A stretch of DNA of 64,000 bases from Nitrosopumilus sp. (GTDB taxonomy: Archaea > Thermoproteota > Nitrososphaeria > Nitrososphaerales > Nitrosopumilaceae), in NCBI GenBank assembly GCA_965207445.1, contig CBDBLX010000002.1:576001-640000 (forward strand), read 5' to 3'. The notes under the pieces are model-generated. The model was given only the letters and a program-made list of their open reading frames with translations. It was not told the origin of the DNA and ran no database searches. A program made the position numbers and the translations under genes. This document shows, piece after piece, positions 10,956 through 20,848 of this stretch. How positions within the stretch are numbered: the stretch's first letter is position 1; each line of letters opens with the position of its first letter.

Positions 10956-11450
10956 TCAATTTGTGCTGTTTGGTGGTGGTGGTGGTGGTGATGATGATGA
11001 TGTTGTTGTTGTTGATGATGATGATGATGGTACCTCTGTAGTTGACTCTGTAGTTGGCGTGGTACTGGTAGTTTTGTCTACAGTAATACTTTGGTTCGTA
11101 TCTGTGCCACTAGTATCAACATTACTTGCATCTTTCTTTTTTGGCTTTGGAGAGTTATTTACTTGGGTGTTTATCTGCTCTGCCATGAAATGGTTGGAGA
11201 CGTTAACTTTTACATCCTCAACTCCATCTACCATCAATAGGTTGTCATGTATATCTTGGCATATCTTAAAGCCAAAGACTGCTGGACAGAATGGACTTGT
11301 AAGGTGCAGATCTACTTTTACGTTGTCGCCGTTGATGTCTACTTCATCTATGAGCTCTAGTTCTACTATAGATGTGTCAATTTCGGGATCCACTATCTTT
11401 GATAACTCGTCGAATATCTTTACTCTCAACTGTTTGATATCTTGACTCAT
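10956..11450 (-). CDS. Fe-S cluster assembly protein (DUF59/MIP18/SufT family) with Ser/Thr/Pro-rich tail
   Basis: IVDPEI..SIVELELI...LTSPFCP. Confidence 0.9.
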   Translation of the reverse strand: MSQDIKQLRVKIFDELSKIVDPEIDTSIVELELIDEVDINGDNVKVDLHLTSPFCPAVFGFKICQDIHDNLLMVDGVEDVKVNVSNHFMAEQINTQVNNSPKPKKKDASNVDTSGTDTNQSITVDKTTSTTPTTESTTEVPSSSSSTTTTSSSSPPPPPPNSTN

Positions 11451-11497
11451 AATATGCATTCAATTATGCTATATATAACGATTAGAGAAGTAACTGC

Positions 11498-13090
11498 ATG
11501 TATCGTTCACGCATGGGTGGTGGCAAACCAAATTCAAAAATTTTGAATTATTTGTCATCTGCTGATGCTGACTCTGAGATTATTATATATGATATCTTGG
11601 GCAGTCAGGCGCATGTTTTGATGTTGTTGCATGTGGGACTTTTATCGCGCACGTCTGCTCGTCGTATACTTTGCGCATTACAAGATATGTTGGATAATAA
11701 AAATAGGGACATGTATGGTAATAATAATAATAATAACAACAACAACAATGACCAAAACAACAATCAAAAAAAAGATTACATTGCATACGCTAAAACCACA
11801 ACAACTGAGGATATACACGAACTTGTAGAATCCATTATCATCAAAAAGATTGGTATGGAACATGGTGGTCGTATGCATACATCTCGATCTAGAAATGATC
11901 AAATTGCACTTGATATTAGAATGAAACTTCGAGATGATATTAACACAATGTGTAGGTGTATACTTGATATGGCCGAGTCAATGATCTCATTGGCCAATGA
12001 ACATAAAAGAACCATAATGCCACTATACACCCATATGCAACAAGCACAACCTGGTATATTGTCACATTGGTTGCTTGCCCATACAGATGCGCTACTGCGA
12101 GATTATGATCGACTATCTGATACATTTACGCGTGTAAACAAAAGTCCACTTGGCTCTGGTCCTGTAGGTGGTACTAGTCTCAAAATTGATCGTGATTACA
12201 CGGCACAACTGTTGGGATTTGATGGTCTTGTAGAGAACTCACTTGATGCTACTAGCACACGTGACTTTGCAGCAGAGTATGCATCTTCTGTTTCAATAAT
12301 GATGTCAAATTTAAGCCGACTGGCAGAAGATGTGGTCATCTGGTCTACATCAGAGTTTTCATTTGTCGCATTAGAAGATGGTTTGGCATCTCCGTCAAGT
12401 GCAATGCCACAAAAAAAGAACCCTGACATACTTGAGATTACTCGTGCAAAGGCTGCACAAGTATCGGGGAATCTTTGTGCCATATTGGGGATGGTAAACG
12501 GACTTGCATCAGGATATGGCAGGGACTTACAACAGGTAAAACCCATCTTATGGTCAATATCTGATATTGGTGTATCTACATTGTCTGTATTACAGGCTGT
12601 ATTTGGGAATCATGATAATAATGGCTTACAATCCGGAATTCGTATCAACAAAGCACGTATGCGCAAAGCTGCCAACTCTGATGATCTAGTCGCACTTGAT
12701 CTAGCAGAACATTTGGTTTTCAAGTATAATGTGCCTTTTCGTGTAGCTCATGGTGTGGCCGCTGCCTTGGTGCAGTATGTCCATGTTGCCAAGAGGTCTA
12801 TCTCTAAGCTTGACATATCTGAGATACAAAAAGTAATAGATCTTAATCACAATAAAACCAAAAAAATGCCCAGTGCCAAAGAGATTCACACAATTACATC
12901 ATCGTTACTTGATGCATCATCTTCATTACAAAATCGGATCTCAAGAGGATCGTCTGGTTATGCAGAACAAAAACGTATGATAAATGACCGCAAAGAAACT
13001 ATTATTGCACTTGGAGACCAATTAAATCAACGCATCAAAAAGATCAATGATGCATTTGACTTGCTTCAAAAACAGATTCGAGATGTTTAA
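11498..13090 (+). CDS. argH: Argininosuccinate lyase
   Basis: EDIH, HTSRSRNDQ, YTHMQQAQP and SSAMPQKKNPD; poly-Asn insert. Confidence 0.95.
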   Translation: MYRSRMGGGKPNSKILNYLSSADADSEIIIYDILGSQAHVLMLLHVGLLSRTSARRILCALQDMLDNKNRDMYGNNNNNNNNNNDQNNNQKKDYIAYAKTTTTEDIHELVESIIIKKIGMEHGGRMHTSRSRNDQIALDIRMKLRDDINTMCRCILDMAESMISLANEHKRTIMPLYTHMQQAQPGILSHWLLAHTDALLRDYDRLSDTFTRVNKSPLGSGPVGGTSLKIDRDYTAQLLGFDGLVENSLDATSTRDFAAEYASSVSIMMSNLSRLAEDVVIWSTSEFSFVALEDGLASPSSAMPQKKNPDILEITRAKAAQVSGNLCAILGMVNGLASGYGRDLQQVKPILWSISDIGVSTLSVLQAVFGNHDNNGLQSGIRINKARMRKAANSDDLVALDLAEHLVFKYNVPFRVAHGVAAALVQYVHVAKRSISKLDISEIQKVIDLNHNKTKKMPSAKEIHTITSSLLDASSSLQNRISRGSSGYAEQKRMINDRKETIIALGDQLNQRIKKINDAFDLLQKQIRDV

Positions 13091-13101
13091 TATTTACAAT
13101 T

Positions 13102-13326
13102 GCAAGTGTTCACCTCTCCCCATTCATCATCTCCTAACTATGCACGGATAGTCGTTGGCTGCGGGCGCGAGGTGGGGGGTGAGGACGCGCGAATGCTTGT
13201 ATCTTGACAGATTCCATCCATATCGTACACTATGAACAATTTCACATCCAAACAAGTATGGCACAAAAGTGCAACGACACAGTCACCTCAACTACGCCTG
13301 GGGGGTTAACATGGGTGAACGGTTAC
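13102..13326. mobile_element. Degenerate family-A-type MITE at the left island boundary
   Basis: Right end GGTGAACGGTTAC is clear; left end GCAAGTGTTCACC is degenerate. Confidence 0.5.
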
Positions 13327-13769
13327 TCAATTTGTTCTGTAATTATCTATGTGAGATACTTGCAGGATTACCGGATGCAACAAAATGATCTATTCTGCAT
13401 GATGCAGGATTATTATTGTTGTTGTGATTGCAGTAGTAGAGTGATGGTAGTGTGTGGTAGTGGTAATGTGTGGTAGTGGCAATGATGGTGACGACAATAA
13501 CAATGGTGGTGCCTACAGTGCAGTGTTGTTGTTGTGGACTTTGATGTTATCTTGCATAACAGCAAAAAAGAATGTCGTCTGCCTTCTCTCTGTCTGTATA
13601 CCTGCTCATTTTGTATTCTGACCACCGAACAACACTGTGGACATCTATTGCACTTGTGGCAAATTATTATAATTGCATACTTTCATCGTGCAACTACACG
13701 TTATTGTTGTTGTCATTGTTACTATGACTACTACTAAAATGTACTCTTAAAAGATATTACTCCCATTAC

Positions 13770-16700
13770 ATGTCTTCTGTGGGGCACAACAAAGGCATAC
13801 CGCAACATACTATCAATTACTATATAACAAACAATGTGATGGGTGTTATGGACGCACAAGTAGCCGAAAATCCTGAGCGGCGACAGTCTGATTTGAGAAG
13901 ACCGCGACGGATTGCATTTCCTGTCATGACACTTGTAGCCGCGCTTTTTATAATGACATCTGTGGCATGCGGTGATGAGGAAGCTTTTGCGTTGCATATA
14001 CATGGCGGTGACTCAAAGGACGGCCATCCATCCATACCGCCGTTGGACTACAACGGCAACCAATACGACCTCTACCTAGAACTTGAGACGCGCCAACTTG
14101 TATTTTTTATAAATATGGAAACCGATAATCTAGACCCAAGCAAGTCGTACGTCATAAGCTTTGTGAACGGCGACTCAACGTACGTATATCTAGGAGACTA
14201 TGACTATACGACATCCCCTGATGGGAACTGGACAAAATATACGTTGAGTCTGACAAGTGACAACGTACGCAAGATAGAGCAACTGTTCACCTCCAAGGAT
14301 GCCACCTCGTCGCTAAAATTTGGACTCGCACCGGGCGCAGTATTTTATTATGATAAGAATTACGGCTATATTGATAACAGAAATGTGCAACATTCACTTG
14401 TACTTGTCGATGTACTTGACCGCAAGCCACGCTTTTTACTTGATGGCATAAGTGCCATCGAACTGGAGCAGGGTGACACGTACTCAAATACTGACATCAC
14501 CTGTATTGATAATGATGATTTGAACCCGATACTAGGCCACAACGCCAGCACTGCGCACGCGGGCCACTTTGTAGTAGAGCATACATGCACAGACAGTTCT
14601 GGAAATGAGGCCACACCTGTGTATAGTACACTTTACGTCACATCCATAGACAAACCGCCGGCCGTTGTGACACCGACTGAGTCACTCCAAGTCGTCGAAG
14701 GTTCTGAGCTGCTGTATCACATAACGTCTGACAGCCCGGACGTAGAGTTCTCTTTGGTGTCACACAACGCCAGCCATAGGGCAGGCCCCGAACCCATAGT
14801 CAATGTCACAGGATGGCTTTCGTGGACTCCGTCTGAAAGCCAGGGTGGACACGGTGATGTTTATCGTATAACAGTAGAGGCGATCAACATGAACGGAACT
14901 TCATCATCCATTGCAGACATCTTTGTTGATGTGGCAGAGTCAAACTCTGCACCTACCCTGAGTCCGTTTGAGCCCCTGAATGTCCCACACGGGGCGGAGA
15001 TCTCAATTAATGTGTCTTCAAACGCAGCAGATTCAGACGTACCACGAAACAAACTCGTGTACTCAATAGTGTCTGGCGCAGGGTCAATTAATGCCGACAC
15101 GGGCGTATTCACATGGACGCCACATAAATCTGACGCCGGCACGTATCTGGTCAACTTTACAGTGTCCGACGGCCTGGACAAGGCTGCCGGGACACAATCC
15201 ATCACAGTCCGGGACGTCACCCCGCCCATAATTCAAGCAATGCCTGACATCGAGGCACACGTCGACTCATCCCCATCGACGGCGCCACCAGAGGCGCGGT
15301 ACCAGTTGCCTACTGCAGTCGATCTCGTAGACGGACCCGTGTCGGTCACATGTGCACCTGCATCCGGCACTCTGCTTACACAGATCGTCACCACAGTCAC
15401 GTGCAACGCTCACGACGCGGCAGGTAACACTGCTGAGCCAGTCACGTTTAATGTTGTCGTTCCACCAGACTCTGAGGCGCCAACGATCATCCCATCTGTG
15501 GTCTGGGCAGTAGAGGCCGCCGGATCCCTCACCTCGGTGTTAGTACCACCTCCTGCCGTATCTGATAACCGCGACGCTGTAGCAGACATTATAATCCAGA
15601 CAAACGTCACAGGTTCGTTTAAGACAGTCGCGGAACTTTTGTGGCACGAGTTTGAACTAGGAGAACACGTGGTTCACTGGCGTGCCACTGACACATCAGG
15701 CAACATGGCAGTCGCGTCTCAGACAATAACAGTTCGAGATACGACTCCACCACATATCTCTCCGACTCAAGATGTGCGTGTGCAAGGTATCTTGCCTGCC
15801 AACGTGTCATACACTGTACCAACTGCAGTAGATGTTGTAGATGGCGCGGTGCAGGTCACGTGCACACCCCCACCGGGACACGAGTTCACACTACCCTCCA
15901 CTGTGGTTTCATGCAACGCTCACGACGCTGCAGGTAACCACGCCAAACCAGTCTCTTTTAATGTGGTAGTCACACAGACTCTGAGCACGTCGAATATGTA
16001 TACAGTTCAGTCTAGCGATCTTGGGGAATCTACTGCAGAAATGGTAGATGACCTTGATGCCGAACGCAAGACACTTCAGAAAATATTCAAAAAACTACAA
16101 AAAGATATCAAGGGACTGCAGGCCAGTGTGAGTGAGGCTTTTGATAATATAGCCGGTACTGACAAGGTGTATGCTAAACAGCAAAAAAAGATCGCCTTTT
16201 TAGAGAAAGCCCTAGATGAGACGAGAACCGAAAAGAAACTCAAAAAAGATCTCTTGGAATTTTATGTAAACCCTGAACACGTGTTTCGAAACCACGGCGT
16301 GGACGATCGTACCGGCAACCATGTACTAGTATTCTTGTCTGGTAATAATGCAACGGGTTGTAATTATGACACCACAATAAACGGAGCGCCCTGTCTCTCA
16401 TCTTCGATCTACATAGGTCACAACAATAGTCGACTGATGGTGCTAGGTGACATACGGAACCTTGAGTTTTGGCCGAATCGCACCATATATGCCGGCGACA
16501 CGTTTGAATGGACATATCCTGCGGATGTACAGATGAGAACCGTGACCATCACAAAACCAGATGGATCAAATACAACGGCGTCCCCTGGAAGCTACAATAC
16601 GCCATCTGAGGGTACATTTCAGTCACATACGTTTGACACACCGGGCGTCTTTAACTGGAGTGTGGATGGACATATATCAACACGTGGAACCGTGACGGTA

Positions 16701-17441
16701 ATTGAGGCTCCGGCTTTGCGTTCTCTACTCGAAGATACAGAATCCGGTACAAATGGTGCACAGGTCTTGTCTCAGTCGGGTATTGCAATCCTTGAGCGAA
16801 AGATAGCCATCTGGAATGAAAAGATCGACGTCCTACAAGATGAAAAAAAGAATTTGAAAATGACTCTCAAGAGCGCGAAAAATGGGGATCTGGGTCTGGA
16901 TGATCTGCATCAAATGGGACGCGCAGAGATAAAGGATCTCTCAAAAGCAACAAAGCACGTAAAAAAGAAGATAAACATGTTTGATGATATACTTGTTTAT
17001 TACACGCAACCTGGACATGTCTTTTCTGATCATGGAAGAGATGAGGGTACGGATAACCACGTAATCGAGTTGTCTCAGGAATGTGGCGGGGACGGGAATG
17101 ATAAATCCTGTCTCTCAACTGACGTACTCGAGCAGCTGGGAGATGAAAAAAGACCTACGCTGACTAGGATATCACATCTGAACTTTTGGCCCGACCGCAC
17201 CATCTGGAGCGGTGAGACTGTTGAGTGGAGATATCACGAGGTGGACAAGGAGCAGGTGGCTAGAATACAAGGCGACGCACTCACAGCAAATGGCACAAAA
17301 TTAATGACGCTACCAGGTGGGACCGGTGGAAACTCAACTTCGCAGATCTACACGTTTACAGAACCTGGCAAGTATACATGGCTCTTATATGACAATCCAA
17401 ACGTAAACGGGACAATATACGTTACACGCGCAGTAAAGTAA
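13770..17441 (+). CDS. Large secreted/surface protein: Ig-like/cadherin-like and HYR-like repeats plus two coiled-coil/cupredoxin-like modules
   Basis: Hydrophobic N-terminal segment ending AFA; repeated D.TPP...TA.D.VDG.V.VTC.P..G...V.CNAHDAAGN; TGVFTWTP; duplicated C-terminal module; true start may be downstream. Confidence 0.8.
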   Translation: MSSVGHNKGIPQHTINYYITNNVMGVMDAQVAENPERRQSDLRRPRRIAFPVMTLVAALFIMTSVACGDEEAFALHIHGGDSKDGHPSIPPLDYNGNQYDLYLELETRQLVFFINMETDNLDPSKSYVISFVNGDSTYVYLGDYDYTTSPDGNWTKYTLSLTSDNVRKIEQLFTSKDATSSLKFGLAPGAVFYYDKNYGYIDNRNVQHSLVLVDVLDRKPRFLLDGISAIELEQGDTYSNTDITCIDNDDLNPILGHNASTAHAGHFVVEHTCTDSSGNEATPVYSTLYVTSIDKPPAVVTPTESLQVVEGSELLYHITSDSPDVEFSLVSHNASHRAGPEPIVNVTGWLSWTPSESQGGHGDVYRITVEAINMNGTSSSIADIFVDVAESNSAPTLSPFEPLNVPHGAEISINVSSNAADSDVPRNKLVYSIVSGAGSINADTGVFTWTPHKSDAGTYLVNFTVSDGLDKAAGTQSITVRDVTPPIIQAMPDIEAHVDSSPSTAPPEARYQLPTAVDLVDGPVSVTCAPASGTLLTQIVTTVTCNAHDAAGNTAEPVTFNVVVPPDSEAPTIIPSVVWAVEAAGSLTSVLVPPPAVSDNRDAVADIIIQTNVTGSFKTVAELLWHEFELGEHVVHWRATDTSGNMAVASQTITVRDTTPPHISPTQDVRVQGILPANVSYTVPTAVDVVDGAVQVTCTPPPGHEFTLPSTVVSCNAHDAAGNHAKPVSFNVVVTQTLSTSNMYTVQSSDLGESTAEMVDDLDAERKTLQKIFKKLQKDIKGLQASVSEAFDNIAGTDKVYAKQQKKIAFLEKALDETRTEKKLKKDLLEFYVNPEHVFRNHGVDDRTGNHVLVFLSGNNATGCNYDTTINGAPCLSSSIYIGHNNSRLMVLGDIRNLEFWPNRTIYAGDTFEWTYPADVQMRTVTITKPDGSNTTASPGSYNTPSEGTFQSHTFDTPGVFNWSVDGHISTRGTVTVIEAPALRSLLEDTESGTNGAQVLSQSGIAILERKIAIWNEKIDVLQDEKKNLKMTLKSAKNGDLGLDDLHQMGRAEIKDLSKATKHVKKKINMFDDILVYYTQPGHVFSDHGRDEGTDNHVIELSQECGGDGNDKSCLSTDVLEQLGDEKRPTLTRISHLNFWPDRTIWSGETVEWRYHEVDKEQVARIQGDALTANGTKLMTLPGGTGGNSTSQIYTFTEPGKYTWLLYDNPNVNGTIYVTRAVK

Positions 17442-17632
17442 CTGTAGTATTCGCGTAAAGATGTACGTGACAACAAGCAAGGCAGTGACCCGCAAGGGTT
17501 GTCATTTTGTGAATTGCCTGATACTATCACCACACGTCTGTAGCGCATCTGCTCCTTGGACTCGGAAACTTGACACCTGTGATCTTTTCTCCACTACTCT
17601 AGTTTTTATTACCATAACGCGCGCACACACCC

Positions 17633-18904
17633 ATGGGAATGGCGCAAAAACTAACAATCCTTGTAGTCATCCAAATTACACTTATTATTTCTAGTTTTTT
17701 CACCCTTGCGTATTTTGAGTCGCAGACTGTCTTGGCAGGTAATGCTGTAAATGTTGCGGGAAAGAATCGTGTACTCACAAATGAGGTGACCTTGGAGATT
17801 CTAGGTGTAGACTCGGGTGGTACTGCTTCGCAGGGGCGCGTTCTTGCGGCGATCGAAGATCTTGAACAGAATGTCCACTTTTTAAAGAACGGCGGGGACC
17901 TAGACGGAATAGAGATTACTCCATTGGCGCCTAGATTTGAGCCAGAGTGGGAGGACGTGGTAGAAAAACTCGCGGCGTACAAGGGCGTGATACTTTCTGC
18001 CCTCTCAGAATCCACTACAATGCGGCCGGAGACTGTCGGGGAGATAAACAGACTCGGAGACGATCTTGTGGACACCTCTGACACACTCACTACGCTCTTG
18101 GGACATGACACAGAAAATATCTCAAGGAATCTGATCTTAATGCAGGTATCTCTTGGGATTGTAAATGTAGCAACCCATTTGTTCATGATCGTCTTGATAT
18201 TGAATCTCTTCAAAAAGAATACGGAAAGACAGATAAAGATAGAAAAGATGGCAACAATCGGCGAGTTCGCAGCCGTTCTGGCTCATGACATAAGAAACCC
18301 ACTTGGAACAATACGTAACTCTGTGGAGATACTGCTTCGCCGTAAAGGACTTGCAGAGTCTACAGTCAAGGATCTCTCACGAATAGCGCGTGCTACTGAG
18401 CGCATATCCTGGCAGGTGGACAGCACGCTTGGTTACTTACATGCCGTTCCACTCGTGCTTGAGCCAAACCATGTATTGCACATACTGCGACGATCTACTG
18501 GTGCAGTCGAGATTCCTTCCCACATCACACTTGAGATACCTAGCGCCGGCTCTGATCTCGTGGTGGAATGTGACTCTGATAAGATAGAAATTGTTTTTAT
18601 AAATCTACTGATGAATGCCGTGCAGGCGATCGGTAGTCAGACTGGGCGCATCGGTGTAAAAGTTCAGGATGACCACAACCACGTAATTATCGATTTTGAG
18701 AATTCTCATGCTGACATACCAAAGGAGAATCTTCCACACATCTTTGATCCCCTGTTTACCACCAAGATGGAGGGGACCGGGCTGGGACTTGCCAGCTGCA
18801 GAAACATCGTGGATCTGCACAATGGAACGATATCTGCTCACATCTCCGGGGGTTTGGTAACATTCTCAATACGTCTACCCAAGCGACAGGATGATGGCAG
18901 TTGA
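17633..18904 (+). CDS. Membrane sensor histidine kinase with NarX/PilJ-like extracellular domain
   Basis: Two TM segments, AVNVAGKNRVL, H-box LAHDIRNPL, N-box NLLMNAVQA, FDPLFTTK..GTGLGL. Confidence 0.92.
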   Translation: MGMAQKLTILVVIQITLIISSFFTLAYFESQTVLAGNAVNVAGKNRVLTNEVTLEILGVDSGGTASQGRVLAAIEDLEQNVHFLKNGGDLDGIEITPLAPRFEPEWEDVVEKLAAYKGVILSALSESTTMRPETVGEINRLGDDLVDTSDTLTTLLGHDTENISRNLILMQVSLGIVNVATHLFMIVLILNLFKKNTERQIKIEKMATIGEFAAVLAHDIRNPLGTIRNSVEILLRRKGLAESTVKDLSRIARATERISWQVDSTLGYLHAVPLVLEPNHVLHILRRSTGAVEIPSHITLEIPSAGSDLVVECDSDKIEIVFINLLMNAVQAIGSQTGRIGVKVQDDHNHVIIDFENSHADIPKENLPHIFDPLFTTKMEGTGLGLASCRNIVDLHNGTISAHISGGLVTFSIRLPKRQDDGS

Positions 18905-18952
18905 GGAACAATAAAGAAGAAGAAAAAAACCCTCGTAATAGATGACAATAGT

Positions 18953-19101
18953 GGTGTGAACTAATCTCTATGACTGATATGATCATTCAAAAATAACTCT
19001 TAGCTAAATGTATCGCATGCATGATACTCGATATACAGACAGGAATATAATCAAATATAAGTATGTATTTTATTATTGTGTCCAATGAGCTTGGTTCACA
19101 C
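18953..19101. mobile_element. MITE family B copy (~149 bp; TIR ~GGTGTGAACCAAGCTC)
   Basis: Imperfect TIRs; inverted homologue at 63220-63368 and partial copy at 61601-61675. Confidence 0.75.
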
Positions 19102-19527
19102 ATAAAATTACTTGCCTTTAGTTTCATTTTCCTAGAGTAACTTTCCACTAGATGCTGGACAAGCACTGATTCAATGTCGTTGATGACTTCTAGTTCAGAT
19201 GTTTTAGAGCTGACACTGGTCTTCAAATTCGAAAAAAACGACTGGATGAATGGCAGATCCGACAGACTGATCGTCGATTCCTCACCCTTGATCGAAAGAA
19301 ACCTCTTCATAAAGTCCTTTGAGGCCTGTGCGATCAGCGCCGTGACTTCTGACATCCTGTGGAACACCTCGTTTTTCACGGTCTCTGGCATGCATTTTTT
19401 TGAATCGAAAGATTCCTTGGTACCTGTCAATGGCGCCCACCCGGGTCAACTGGGTCTCGTTGCCAAACACTTCGGCCAGAAAGATTGACGAGTCCACGCA
19501 GACTGTGATCTTTGTTCTTCTAGGCAT
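19102..19527 (-). pseudogene. PIN-domain nuclease gene, frameshifted and 3'-truncated by a MITE
   Basis: MPRRTKITVCVDSSIFL then (after removing one A from the A7 run, T7 at 19395-19401) KKCMPETVKNEV; the frame runs into MITE B at 19101. Confidence 0.65.
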
Positions 19528-20515
19528 ATCTGAGGACTGCCTGACGTAGTTTTTTATCAAAGTCTCTAAACGACTCTGAGTCTGAGGAGTTCAACATGAT
19601 AACTTCGTCGAGATGTCTTTTATCCAAATGGTTTGTCATCTCAAAGATATTCTGCCTGAATTCACCAAGATATTCATCGAATCTCTCCTTTTCTGTGTCG
19701 TTGTGCAGCGTGAGTGGTTTTGTCCTAAACAAGTCCTTCAGTTCCTTTGCATTAACTGCCCTCAGGAAGAACCTTATGGCGAATTCCGAGCGGGATGCCT
19801 TCATCAGCGTCTTTGAAAGATTCTTGTGGCGTTTCTCAAACTTTTTTAATTCCGCCTTTATCTTTTTTTCATCAGACCTGACAAGGTGCAACCTTGTCTG
19901 CAGCCGGGACAGATCTGTCACGAGTGAGTTTATCGCCGATGTCCTTCCTATGTATGAGATGTTGTACAGGTTGTACAGTTCTAATGGTAGGTCTGATTCT
20001 AGGAATTCTGCCATTATCTTTCTGTGCCATTGGTCATATGATGTCTTGAGTATTCGACTCAGTCTTTTCAGCGAGTCTATCATAAAGCCGAACTGTTTGT
20101 TGATGTCGTCCGGGTCTGATCGAAATGCCTGGCGCAACTCCTGAATCTCCGGATTTTCATCCAAAAACTCTGTGAAATGTTTCCTCCAGAGAGTTAGGTA
20201 TGCGCCGGTGGTGAACCAGTCTGCATTAAAATGAACCTTGTCTACGACACATTCTATCTCACTGTATATTATCTTGTCCAAGTCCGGCTGTTCGTCTGGC
20301 ATCCGGTCTATCATGGTTTTTCTCACATAACGCCTCGGGGTTGCTTTCTTCTCTAGGCACGGTTGTAAATGCTTTAATACGTATATAGCGGCGGGTTTGA
20401 CAAATTCCTGCCTGTGATCATTTTCAAAACTAGCGGTTAGCGCTTTCAATAGCACTGATACGTGATTTCTTATATATATCAGATTTTGGTTCCGTAACCG
20501 TTTAACTCCTTCCAA
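19520..20515 (-). CDS. Hypothetical alpha-helical protein coupled to the PIN gene; real start probably MIDRM/MPDEQ at ~20300-20315
   Basis: Long ORF whose stop overlaps the PIN start (ATGCCTAG); the ORF-track start lies inside MITE A. Confidence 0.7.
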   Translation of the reverse strand: MEGVKRLRNQNLIYIRNHVSVLLKALTASFENDHRQEFVKPAAIYVLKHLQPCLEKKATPRRYVRKTMIDRMPDEQPDLDKIIYSEIECVVDKVHFNADWFTTGAYLTLWRKHFTEFLDENPEIQELRQAFRSDPDDINKQFGFMIDSLKRLSRILKTSYDQWHRKIMAEFLESDLPLELYNLYNISYIGRTSAINSLVTDLSRLQTRLHLVRSDEKKIKAELKKFEKRHKNLSKTLMKASRSEFAIRFFLRAVNAKELKDLFRTKPLTLHNDTEKERFDEYLGEFRQNIFEMTNHLDKRHLDEVIMLNSSDSESFRDFDKKLRQAVLRYA

Positions 20516-20574
20516 AATTTAGGCACAAACTCGCCGTCTAATGTCTGGCGCAGCTACAGGGGCTGAACGGTTAC
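20494..20574. mobile_element. MITE family A copy (81 bp)
   Basis: GTAACCGTTTA...TGAACGGTTAC; interior similar to 5702-5783. Confidence 0.8.
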
Positions 20575-20705
20575 CATTATAATCAACTGCGCGTTATCAT
20601 TGTCAATTGATTATATGTAAATATATAATACTGAGATCATCATGATCGGAAAAACGCGTATGATCTTTTATCTTATGTGTCCACTTCAAAAAGCAAAATA
20701 GTTAC
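20575..20705 (+). mobile_element. Isolated right end of the IS66-family element
   Basis: Diverged direct copy of 24260-24390, ending CACTTCAAAAAGCAAAATAGTTAC. Confidence 0.85.
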
Positions 20706-20751
20706 CTATTTTTCCACTCCGTACACAACTGCCTAGCAGAAATCGTCTGCA

Positions 20752-20787
20752 AAAACCATCGGATCTTTAATGAAACTACTATGTATT
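20752..20787. mobile_element. Single end of MITE family C
   Basis: ATCGGATCTTTAATGAAACTACTATG matches the inverted-repeat ends of 62030-62147. Confidence 0.6.
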
Positions 20788-20848
20788 ATTCCGAGCAACT
20801 TGCCAATGTTTTTTGATTCGTTGAGAGTGGGAATGATTAGGCTGAGGT

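Noticed and set aside
10918..11445. Antisense ORFs over core genes (e.g. 10918..11445, 715..1194, 17599..18213, 50505..51026)
   Set aside because: They overlap well-supported genes on the opposite strand and reflect codon or repeat symmetry
13091..13200. att direct repeat of the tRNA-Lys 3' end at the left island boundary
   Set aside because: No copy of GCGGGTCTAAAGGG found by eye; the boundary remains inferred
13204..13737. Cys/His-rich short ORFs as metal-binding peptides
   Set aside because: They arise from TGT/GTG/TAT low-complexity DNA in several frames and strands with no coherent gene signal
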